Of a DNA stretch of 64,000 nucleotides, positions 19,648 to 28,208 are shown piece after piece. The stretch's first letter is position 1; each line of letters begins with the position of its first letter. The notes below the pieces were generated by a model. It was not told the DNA's origin. It was given only the letters and a program-made list of their open reading frames with translations, and made no database searches. Position numbers and translations under genes: made by a program. The stretch is from an uncultured candidate division Zixibacteria bacterium (GTDB taxonomy: Bacteria; Zixibacteria; MSB-5A5; GN15; PGXB01), in contig OY969724.1 of assembly GCA_963702205.1 (NCBI GenBank), forward strand, positions 1,184,001 to 1,248,000. Reading direction: 5' to 3'.

Positions 19648-19685
19648 AAGGCCGATCCGGAGATTTTTGGATCGGCCTTTTTTAT
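19648..19685 (+). terminator. Rho-independent terminator
   Basis: aaggccgatcc / ggatcggcctt stem followed by a T-run just after the stop codon. Confidence 0.85.
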
Positions 19686-19774
19686 TGTGTGTTAATGACT
19701 TAAACAAATAAAAATGCATCCGGCAAGGGCCTTGATAGCCGCAAATTTTGTTGGTTTTATTATCATTAAAATTC

Positions 19775-19803
19775 TTGACAATATTGGCTATTAATCATAT
19801 TTT
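19775..19803 (+). promoter_or_regulatory. Sigma70-type promoter
   Basis: TTGACA-17 nt-TATTTT, which implies a ~390-nt leader for the 20199 gene. Confidence 0.55.
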
Positions 19804-20198
19804 AATAATGCTACTGGGTTTTTGGAGAGTTAAAAAATCGCAGACCGAAAGGTCAAATTAAACCTCACTTGCTTGTTTGGTTCGGCATGTTATAGCATGA
19901 TAGCGAGTCCTGCACGGCCGACGAAATAATATCCTAAAGGGTGTAAATCTTTAAAACACAAATTACTTCGCTGTTCATTAATGGCGTTAGGTAGTTGAAA
20001 AATTTTCTACAGGTAAAAAAGTAAACTGAAACCTTTAACTTAAGTGAGTAGCTGAAGGGAGGTGGTTACCGACAGTAAACTTTCAATCGCACGATGGTTA
20101 AATGACTGTCGATGCGTTGTTTATGCGTTCTCGTATACCAATGACTATGGGTATAAGTTGGGAACTCTGACAAGATTCGTCTCGAAAGGAGTTAGGAA

Positions 20199-23100
20199 AT
20201 GACGAAGAGATTATCGGTGATATTCATCCTCGCCTTCATGATGTTTGCGCTTTTGGCAGCGACCTCATTTGGTATGAGAGATACCGATAAGAAGAAATAT
20301 TTCAACCAGCGGAAGATTGGCTCGATGCCTGTTGCCAAGATGGCCGGTGGTGAAGAAATTTACAGCCCGATTACGCCAGACAGGACCAACACCAACAATA
20401 GCCTGGGTTTCGACGATTATTTTGTTTCGAACTCTCCGGGTCTTACTGTTGGGACGACGGCTTATGATTATCAGGCCAACGGCCGCATGAACCGTCAAGT
20501 TGACTGGCGCGGAACTCAGAACGTCCATTTCACGTGGATGGTTCAGAACGAGTTCTCGCTTGGCACCGATCGCGGGACGGCTTATGAATTCTGGAATGCC
20601 TCGGCTGCGCCTCCGAAACTTGAGTTCCAGGGCGCTCCGAACGGTGGCACCGATGTTCACCCGCGTTTGGGCGGCGGGAACAACTATTCGGGTTACGTCG
20701 GCATGGATATGGCCCCCGATGGCCGTATTATTATTTCCAACCACCATCAGTTAGGCAGCTCCCGCTATCATTCGACGGTCTGGCCGGACCTGAGCCCGGG
20801 CGGCGGATTTTTTGCACCTTACAGAAGCGCCGTTCCTGACACGACTCAGGGCTATGACGCCGACAAAGACACGTCGAACTTCATTTGGCCTTCGATGGAA
20901 ATGCAGATTGGCGACTTGCTTGCCGATGCGGATACCGATCCCGATACGGTCATTCACGTATTCAGCCAGGAATCCCTGTCTGACGCCGGTGCGGCTCAGA
21001 AGATTCACTACTTCCGCCGCGTTGGTGGTTATACGTCGTATGCCTGGGATTATCCTCCGATGGTAGTCGATACGACCCATGACATTGCTCAGCAAGTGGT
21101 TGCTTCGCGCAACAGCAACAATGTCTGGCTGGTCTGGGTAGGCAACCCTCCGGGAATTCCCGGTGCGTCGGAATCGATATCACGTGGTTTGCAGCGTGTT
21201 AACGACCTGTTCTATATGAAATCGAATGACATGGGTGAGCCGGGTTCGTGGGGCGGCAAAGTCAACGTAACCGGCTTCGACAGCTCCCAGGGCGGCTGGG
21301 TTCTTCATACCGACCTGTCTTCACTGGTTGGTCAGGAAGACGACCTGCTTCACGTGATTTATAATGCTCGTGAAGTAGGCGTGGATCCTGCCGGTGGCCT
21401 GGGCATATATCAGCACTTCTACGGTTCGCGTTTGTTCCACTATGTCGAAGGTGACCGTCCCCGCGTGGTCAAGGATGCCAACTGGGATCTGGATCCCGAT
21501 CATCCGTGCTACGGTGGCGCCTGGAACGAAATGTCAATCGTGAAGATGCAGCTTTCCGAATGTGATGGAAAGTATTATGCCGTGTTTGTCATGTTCAATG
21601 ACATTTATAACGGTATTAACGATGACTGTCATCAACGCGCCTTTTCGAGCAGCGAAGCGAGCGGAACCGCCAACGGCGAACTGTTCATTTCGGTCTCGAA
21701 TAACGGCGGTTTGAACTGGGATATCGCTCGTGACATTACCAATTCGCGGACCCCGCACTGCGACTCCTCGGAAGCGCTGGGTGGAACGCTGGAATGCGAT
21801 GCCGACCAATGGCCGGCCGTATCCCGTTATGGTATGGAAGTTACGAGCGGCAGTTTCGCCGGTGTGCCGATTGTGACTCCGGACGGTGGCGGCGCCTCGA
21901 ATTTCTACCTGGACGTCTTCTATGTCAACGACAAGTTCCCAGGTGGTGCCGTACAGGATGCCGGTTACTGGACCCTAAACCCGATGAAGTGGTTCCGTGT
22001 CCCGTGCGTCGAGCCGGTCCCGAATCCGCTTCCGATTTTCACACCGAGTCAGGTCGTCGACCCGACCTGGACCAAGCCGGGTATTACGCTTGACACGACG
22101 GTTCGTGTGGAAAATATCGGTAACGCCGACCTTCATTTCTCAGCGGTCAATATCTTCTATAAAGCCGGTGATCCTTATACCGGATGGATTAGCTATGTTC
22201 CGGCTTTGGCCACGATTCCGTATAACGACCCGAACTATGTTGATCTTACAATAACGCTGGGTGGTCCCTCTCCTACGGTCGGTGTTGGCTTGACCGGTGG
22301 CATCGAGTTTGTATCCGATGCTCCGACCTCGCCAGATACGCTGCCGATTTATCTGATCATAGCCGATACCGTGCAGTTCCCGGAATACGCGGTCATTCAT
22401 ACCGACTGTGAACCTCTGGTTATGAACAATGCCGGTCAGCTGGGTCGAGATGCTCGCGGCAACAATGCCGGTGCCAACATGAACTTCTACAATGACTGCG
22501 ACACGACCAATAACATTCAGGGTGGTGACGATAATTCGTTGACCTACCTGTATGAATCGTCGCCGTTCATTTTGAGAGTTACTCCTACCAACGACACCAT
22601 TCTGAACAGCTATATCTTCGATGCCACGTGGTTGGCCAACGACGGTTTCCGTCCGACCGAAGGTCTCACGGTTGACTCGACCACCGACGGCAGCGTCATA
22701 GTCGCCAAAACCGGCGAGTTCCTGACCCGCGACTCGATGATGGTCCTGCGGAGCGAGATGTATGCTCCTCAGGCAGCGGACAGCTGCGAATTCTTCGTTC
22801 AGAAGCTGTTTGTCTATCAGAATCAGGATATGAACCCGTCCGGCGCTCTGACCGGTCTGTTCATCGGTGAATTGCAGGATTGGGATATTCCGTCTGATTC
22901 GAACGTCGAAAACGGTTCGGACTTCGATACCGGTCGTCAATTGATGTACACCTTCGGTGGTGAATATGGCACCGATAGTGTTGCCAACAACGACTGTATC
23001 CTGGCCAACGACCGTATGGGTGGTCTGGCTTACTACGGTGGTTACAGGGTTCCTCACTGCGCCGAGGATGCTTTCAACGTCGATAGCTTCCCGATCGCTC

Positions 23101-23666
23101 TGGGTGCCTGGACGGGTACCAACCCGAACTGGATTTCGCCGAGCGGTAACTGGGTTCCGCAGCTTCTGTACAACAAGATGGCCTCTTTCAGCGGCTATGA
23201 AGCGTGGGAAGCCACGAATTCGAGCCTGGAAGATTCGCTGTATCAGGATCTGAATATGGTCTCGATCTTCGGTAACTTTGACCTGGGCAAAAACGATACC
23301 CTGGTCTTCGTGAAGATCTTTGCGACGACGCAAACCGGACTGTCAGACCTGCAGTTGAGTATCGACAAAGCCAAAAACTGGATTCAGGATCATGGCGTCT
23401 TTGAGTGGCCGGATTTTGTTGGCCCGTGCGCCTGCTGTAATCCTTCGAACGCCGGTGACTTCACCGATGACGGTGCCGTCAACCTGCTCGACATTCTGGC
23501 TTTGATCGCCTACAAGTACAACACTCCTCCGGGACCGGGCAACACGACCTGTCCGGAGCAGATGGATGCTAACGGCGATGGAGCTGTCAACCTGCTCGAC
23601 ATTCTCTACCTGATTGCCTACAAGTACAATTCTCCTCCTGGACCGGCTCCGATTTGCCCGAGCTGA
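20199..23666 (+). CDS. Large secreted protein with a sialidase/BNR-like propeller region, Ig-like domain and C-terminal dockerin
   Basis: GGAG SD and signal peptide. Asp-box-like motifs SNDMG.PGSW and SNNGGLNW. Dockerin GDFTDDGAVNLLDIL...DANGDGAVNLLDIL. Confidence 0.82.
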   Translation: MTKRLSVIFILAFMMFALLAATSFGMRDTDKKKYFNQRKIGSMPVAKMAGGEEIYSPITPDRTNTNNSLGFDDYFVSNSPGLTVGTTAYDYQANGRMNRQVDWRGTQNVHFTWMVQNEFSLGTDRGTAYEFWNASAAPPKLEFQGAPNGGTDVHPRLGGGNNYSGYVGMDMAPDGRIIISNHHQLGSSRYHSTVWPDLSPGGGFFAPYRSAVPDTTQGYDADKDTSNFIWPSMEMQIGDLLADADTDPDTVIHVFSQESLSDAGAAQKIHYFRRVGGYTSYAWDYPPMVVDTTHDIAQQVVASRNSNNVWLVWVGNPPGIPGASESISRGLQRVNDLFYMKSNDMGEPGSWGGKVNVTGFDSSQGGWVLHTDLSSLVGQEDDLLHVIYNAREVGVDPAGGLGIYQHFYGSRLFHYVEGDRPRVVKDANWDLDPDHPCYGGAWNEMSIVKMQLSECDGKYYAVFVMFNDIYNGINDDCHQRAFSSSEASGTANGELFISVSNNGGLNWDIARDITNSRTPHCDSSEALGGTLECDADQWPAVSRYGMEVTSGSFAGVPIVTPDGGGASNFYLDVFYVNDKFPGGAVQDAGYWTLNPMKWFRVPCVEPVPNPLPIFTPSQVVDPTWTKPGITLDTTVRVENIGNADLHFSAVNIFYKAGDPYTGWISYVPALATIPYNDPNYVDLTITLGGPSPTVGVGLTGGIEFVSDAPTSPDTLPIYLIIADTVQFPEYAVIHTDCEPLVMNNAGQLGRDARGNNAGANMNFYNDCDTTNNIQGGDDNSLTYLYESSPFILRVTPTNDTILNSYIFDATWLANDGFRPTEGLTVDSTTDGSVIVAKTGEFLTRDSMMVLRSEMYAPQAADSCEFFVQKLFVYQNQDMNPSGALTGLFIGELQDWDIPSDSNVENGSDFDTGRQLMYTFGGEYGTDSVANNDCILANDRMGGLAYYGGYRVPHCAEDAFNVDSFPIALGAWTGTNPNWISPSGNWVPQLLYNKMASFSGYEAWEATNSSLEDSLYQDLNMVSIFGNFDLGKNDTLVFVKIFATTQTGLSDLQLSIDKAKNWIQDHGVFEWPDFVGPCACCNPSNAGDFTDDGAVNLLDILALIAYKYNTPPGPGNTTCPEQMDANGDGAVNLLDILYLIAYKYNSPPGPAPICPS

Positions 23667-23726
23667 TGAAGAGGCTTCAGGTTTGAGACTGAGACTGAAA
23701 TTGTCTTACTGACAATAGACGATGAA

Positions 23727-23760
23727 TCAGGAAGCCGCCGGCTGGCGGCTTCCTGAATTT
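23727..23760 (+). terminator. Hairpin terminator
   Basis: tcaggaagccgcc-ggct-ggcggcttcctga 13-bp stem with a weak T tail. Confidence 0.7.
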
Positions 23761-24009
23761 GTGAATGGGTATTTCATTTATTACCGACCGCGACCGATAA
23801 GCAGTTTCCCTTTACCAAAAGCGGGGCCAATCTTTAATTTGAGGTATGAGTAATTTATCCGATAAGAAATATAAGTGCGCAGGCCAAAAGATTGTATTTT
23901 TGATAGTTGCCGCCCGGGAAACCGGAAAATTTACATTAGGATTGGAAAATAACGATTTAAAAATAAATTGAAAGCAAAACAAGAGGTGCCTTATAAAAGA
24001 GAGGAAAGA

Positions 24010-26373
24010 ATGAAACGCAGCTTTCACTTCCCGACCACCATCGGATTGGCGATTTTACTGATACTTGGATTAGTCGGCCCGGCCGGGGCCCGCGTTTATC
24101 CTAATCAGGACCAGCCTCAGCCGATCCTGCTGACGGGACAGATTGAGGTCCAGTTCGCAACCGACGTTAATGTCGCCAACCTGGCCGCCAAAAGCGGTAA
24201 TCTTCAGGTCGGAATCAAATCTCTCGATGATATTCTCGCAAAATACGGGGCGTATGATGCCCGTCCGTTGTTCCCGTTCGTTCAACCGGGACACGAAATT
24301 GTCGGAACCGATAATATGACCAAGTTTCAGGTGCTGAGTATTCCGGAATCCGTCAATGTCCGCGATATGATAGACGAATTGCGGAAAAACCCGTACGTTA
24401 AAACGGTCGACGGGGTTTATGCCATTCCGGTGCGGGCGACGCCGAACGATCAGTATATAAACAACCAGTGGGCCTGGAATAACATTCAGGCCAAAGATGC
24501 CTGGGACATTGAAAAAGGCAAGAATCACGTTATCGTCGCCGATATAGATCTGGGTGTGCTTTATACTCATCCCGATCTGGTCGATCGCATCTGGGTCAAC
24601 CCGGGCGAAGATAAGGACGGCGACCGGGTCGTTATGGATCCGGACGATATCGACTTTCTGGACAGCCCGGACGATGCCAATACCTATGCCGACGATTTTA
24701 TCGGTTATGACTTTTTCGACGGCTTCGGCGGTTCCTTAACGTGCGCCGACGCCGACTGCTCGGGCTGGGATAATGATCCATCGGACTATGACGGTCATGG
24801 AACCCATACCAGCGGCACAATGGCGGCGGCGACCAATAACAGCATCGGCGTGGCTGGTCTCGCCGGGGGCTGGGGGACCGGGATTGGTACCGGTGTGAAA
24901 ATAATGTGTGTCCGCGTTGGCGCGCTGGCGTCGGACGGCCTGGGCTACGTGAACTCGGCGGATTGTGCTACGGGCATAAATTACGCGGCGGTGACCGGTG
25001 CCGATATGATCAATGCCAGCTGGGGTGCGGCCACGAGCGGTGTGGTGACGGCTTTCCAGAACGCTGCCAATCATGAAGTCGTATGTGCCCATGCGGCCGG
25101 AAACGACAACAGCACCAGCCTCGATCTGGTCGATCATCAATATTATAACGATTACAAGCTCGTGCTGACCGTGGCCAGTAATACCAGCGCCGACCAGAAA
25201 AGCAGCTTTTCGAACTATGGTCTGGATATAGACGTGGTCGCTCCGGGCAGCAATATCCTTAGCACTTATTCGGATTTCGGTTCGGCGCAGTACGTTTATT
25301 CCGGCGGCACCTCGATGTCGGCTCCGCACGTGGCCGGTTTGGCAGCGCTGCTGAGATCGCACGATCCGAATTTGACGAAAATAGAGATTGATTCGATCAT
25401 AAAGGCCAATTGTGACGATATGCCCGCCGAGCCGTTGTATGCTGCCGGCCTGCTGGGTTACGGCCGTATAAACGCTTATAACGCCATAAACAGCCTCGGT
25501 AATGCCGAATTCACGACGGTATCTCCCTTGACGGGGCAAATCCCGCTAACAATAGACTTTGAAGATGCGTCACCGAATTCACCCACGTCGTGGGAATGGA
25601 ATTTCGGCGACGGCTCCGCGGCCGTCACGACGCAGGATGCCAGCCATACATATACCGATTACGGGCTTTACGATGTTTCTTTGACCATAGATGAGCCTCG
25701 CGGCACCAATACCGAATTGAAAAGCCATTATGTCATGGCGACGGCGGATACCATCCGGATCGATTCGCTGCGCGTTCCCCCGGACACCAGTGTCATAATG
25801 AAGGTCTATCTGGATAATAAGTTTTTGGCCAAGAAAGTCGCTTTGCCGATCAAATTCAACACGACCTTTAATAAAGTCCTGCTGGATTCGGTAAGTATTG
25901 ATGGCCTCTCTCGAATGACCTATCAGAACAATACCGGTCTGGTCAATTATGATCTGTTCGGCAACCGCTATTATGTGACTATAGAACCCGACCCGCTGGT
26001 CGACGGCTCCAAATTCCTTCAGCCGGACACCGGTATAATTCTTAATTTGTTCGTCACTATAACCTCATCGGCGACCAACGGGATGATCGTAACGCTGGAT
26101 ACGACGTCATCGTTCGGGGCGAACAAAGTGCTCTCGATCCGTTCGGTTTTTGCCGACTATGTGCCGGTTTTCCATGCCGGAAAACTGGTCGTTCAGCAGC
26201 TTCAAGTGGGCGACGTTACACAGGATGGAGCGCTGAATTTGCTCGACATATTGATGCTGATCGACGATATTTACGGCACCGGCCCGTCGGTTGATCCATA
26301 TTTGGGTGACGTCAACGGCGATGGCGACATAAACCTTCTTGACATTTTAATGCTGATTGATATAATTTATTAG
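24010..26373 (+). CDS. Secreted S8 (subtilisin-like) serine protease with PKD, cohesin-like and dockerin domains
   Basis: Triad motifs VADIDLGV, DGHGTHTSGTMAA and GTSMSAPHVAG, with oxyanion AAGN. PKD motif SWEWNFGDG...HTY...G.Y.V.L and a C-terminal dockerin. Start moved to ATG 24010 because of the GAGG SD and signal peptide. Confidence 0.92.
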   Translation: MKRSFHFPTTIGLAILLILGLVGPAGARVYPNQDQPQPILLTGQIEVQFATDVNVANLAAKSGNLQVGIKSLDDILAKYGAYDARPLFPFVQPGHEIVGTDNMTKFQVLSIPESVNVRDMIDELRKNPYVKTVDGVYAIPVRATPNDQYINNQWAWNNIQAKDAWDIEKGKNHVIVADIDLGVLYTHPDLVDRIWVNPGEDKDGDRVVMDPDDIDFLDSPDDANTYADDFIGYDFFDGFGGSLTCADADCSGWDNDPSDYDGHGTHTSGTMAAATNNSIGVAGLAGGWGTGIGTGVKIMCVRVGALASDGLGYVNSADCATGINYAAVTGADMINASWGAATSGVVTAFQNAANHEVVCAHAAGNDNSTSLDLVDHQYYNDYKLVLTVASNTSADQKSSFSNYGLDIDVVAPGSNILSTYSDFGSAQYVYSGGTSMSAPHVAGLAALLRSHDPNLTKIEIDSIIKANCDDMPAEPLYAAGLLGYGRINAYNAINSLGNAEFTTVSPLTGQIPLTIDFEDASPNSPTSWEWNFGDGSAAVTTQDASHTYTDYGLYDVSLTIDEPRGTNTELKSHYVMATADTIRIDSLRVPPDTSVIMKVYLDNKFLAKKVALPIKFNTTFNKVLLDSVSIDGLSRMTYQNNTGLVNYDLFGNRYYVTIEPDPLVDGSKFLQPDTGIILNLFVTITSSATNGMIVTLDTTSSFGANKVLSIRSVFADYVPVFHAGKLVVQQLQVGDVTQDGALNLLDILMLIDDIYGTGPSVDPYLGDVNGDGDINLLDILMLIDIIY

Positions 26374-26411
26374 CGCCGTGGAACTGCGACGCAGAAATTA
26401 GAGTTTAAAAT

Positions 26412-26450
26412 AATAACCGGGCTGGCACAGACAGTCCGGTTTATTTTTTT
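26412..26450 (+). terminator. Rho-independent terminator
   Basis: aaccgggctg / cagtccggtt stem followed by a long T-run. Confidence 0.8.
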
Positions 26451-26451
26451 A

Positions 26452-26480
26452 TTGACTATATCGAGGCATAGATGTATAAT
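26452..26480 (+). promoter_or_regulatory. Near-consensus sigma70 promoter
   Basis: TTGACT-17 nt-TATAAT, ~220 nt upstream of the 26701 start. Confidence 0.75.
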
Positions 26481-26700
26481 TTACCAAATAGATTAGGAAA
26501 TGGCTGTCTACTGGAGAAGACAAAAACCGAAAAGGAGGTGGCGTCTAAGGGGAAGTTTGCTAATTATATGTTTTTTTGTGAATTAAGACCTGATGTCTTA
26601 AGGTCCGTTCAAGTCCGGGACGGCTTGAATAGCAAGCTACCCTGGGACGATGTAGCCTCAAGGCGAGGAAATTAGTGAAAATTATATATAGGAGAATAGG

Positions 26701-27633
26701 ATGAAAAGGATTTTTCAATTACTGGCCCTGATACTTGTGCTGGCATGGGGGACGGTATTAGCTCAAGATGTATTCATAGATGCTACTGTTTCGCCCGAAG
26801 CTTATCCCGATACCGTAAGACCCGGCGTGAATTTCACGATAAATTTCTGGTTCCAGAATGCCACCAGCCCGGCAACGGGTATTAACGGTTACAGTGCCAC
26901 CTGGCAGATACGAAGCCCCGACAGCGTTACTCAGATAACCTATGTCGATCTCGGTGGGGCCGCTTTCGGTGTCCCGGGTATCATTAATCCGGTCGATGGC
27001 AATGGTTGGCGGCCGTCATTTACTCCGGGAGTCTTTTATTGGTCTACACTTAATACATACGGCATGTTTGATATGGACGGAAATCTTCCGGATACGTTCA
27101 ACCATACTACAGCCGGGATTCCGCCCAATGGTAGCTGGCCGGCAACGGATATAACCAACAAAAAGCGCTTCCAGATCGGGGTTAACAGCATCCAGATGGG
27201 AACGGTCTGTATCGATTCCATAAATTATGCCCCCAATAACACTTATGACTGGCTCTGGCTCGGTCAACTTCCAACCTGGCATAATGGCGAGCCGTACTGC
27301 TTTGTCATTACTGATATAACGAATCCGGTTGGAGAACATGATCCGCTTGTGCCTCTTGAGTATTCTTTGAAGCAGAACTATCCGAATCCGTTCAACCCGG
27401 CCACGACTATTACTTATTCGCTGGAAAGACTTTCACACGTGGAACTGTCGATTTATAACGTCCTCGGCCAGAAAATCAAAACACTGGTCGATCAGGAACA
27501 GCCTGCGAATGTCTATAACGTTACTTGGAACGGCGACACCGATAGTGGCAAACCGGCTGCATCGGGAATATATTTCTATGAAATCAAAGCCGGAAGCTTT
27601 GAGAAAACCATGAAGATGATGCTTTTGAAATAG
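26701..27633 (+). CDS. Secreted protein with an uncharacterised beta-rich N-domain and C-terminal FlgD_ig / T9SS type A-like sorting domain
   Basis: AGGAG SD and signal peptide (TVLA/Q). C-terminal LKQNYPNPFNPATTITY...IYNVLGQKIKTLV...WNG...SGIYFY...KMMLLK. Confidence 0.88.
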   Translation: MKRIFQLLALILVLAWGTVLAQDVFIDATVSPEAYPDTVRPGVNFTINFWFQNATSPATGINGYSATWQIRSPDSVTQITYVDLGGAAFGVPGIINPVDGNGWRPSFTPGVFYWSTLNTYGMFDMDGNLPDTFNHTTAGIPPNGSWPATDITNKKRFQIGVNSIQMGTVCIDSINYAPNNTYDWLWLGQLPTWHNGEPYCFVITDITNPVGEHDPLVPLEYSLKQNYPNPFNPATTITYSLERLSHVELSIYNVLGQKIKTLVDQEQPANVYNVTWNGDTDSGKPAASGIYFYEIKAGSFEKTMKMMLLK

Positions 27634-27657
27634 AGCCGATTCATTAGAAACATATCG

Positions 27658-27687
27658 AAGGCCCCAATTTTGAGGGGCCTTTTTTAT
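27658..27687 (+). terminator. Rho-independent terminator
   Basis: aaggcccc / ggggcctt stem followed by a T-run. Confidence 0.85.
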
Positions 27688-27903
27688 TTGGACGATAATA
27701 TTGGACCGAGTATCCATTCCTCCCTGAATTCATTGGCCAAGGGGCAGTTCTGGACATGCGGCTATGTCTTGTCATGGTGTTATATAATCCCGAATTTGTG
27801 TCATAAGCATGAGGTTGCTGTATCGGATACTCTAATTTGGCTCCTCTTTGATCTTGGAATGATGATTTTGCCGAACATTTTCGAATAAGCGGATGAGTTT
27901 GGT

Positions 27904-27923
27904 TGTGCATAAGTTGTGGAAAA
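27904..27923 (-). promoter_or_regulatory. Two tandem DnaA-box-like 9-mers
   Basis: TGTGCATAA and TGTGGAAAA, whose reverse complements TTATGCACA and TTTTCCACA match TTWTNCACA. They are 2 nt apart, next to an AT-rich tract. Confidence 0.45.
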
Positions 27924-28121
27924 CCTGTTGTTTAGTTATTGATTACTTGTATATGATTAGTTAATAATGACTTAACTTAGCATCAAAAGTATTTTTATTT
28001 TCTCCGATATGATTTAAAAATTAAATGTGGTTTAAGTCATTAAACAATGGTATATTAGGCCGCATGATTTTTTGTAATAGTTTATATATTGGCCGTAAGC
28101 AGCAGCTTGGGATAAATCTTG

Positions 28122-28150
28122 TTGACTTCTGCATCCATTTTCATTAAGAT
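28122..28150 (+). promoter_or_regulatory. Sigma70-type promoter
   Basis: TTGACT-17 nt-TAAGAT, ~60 nt upstream of ATG 28209. Confidence 0.6.
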
Positions 28151-28208
28151 TGTATGTCGTTTTTATTACGGTAAAAAAATTGTAACTTATTGATATGTAG
28201 GATGTTAT

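Noticed and set aside
19840..19925. c-di-GMP-I riboswitch
   Set aside because: A GAAA tetraloop and an ATGATAGC segment are reminiscent, but the GGCAAA...GACGCAAA core is absent. Kept only as an unknown structured leader.
26472..26675. 67-aa ORF upstream of the CTD protein
   Set aside because: Its start lies within the predicted promoter just before the -10 box, it has no SD, and the region is better explained as a structured 5' UTR.
27644..27910. Small ORFs on both strands in the intergenic region
   Set aside because: They overlap the terminator and have no SD or recognisable motifs.
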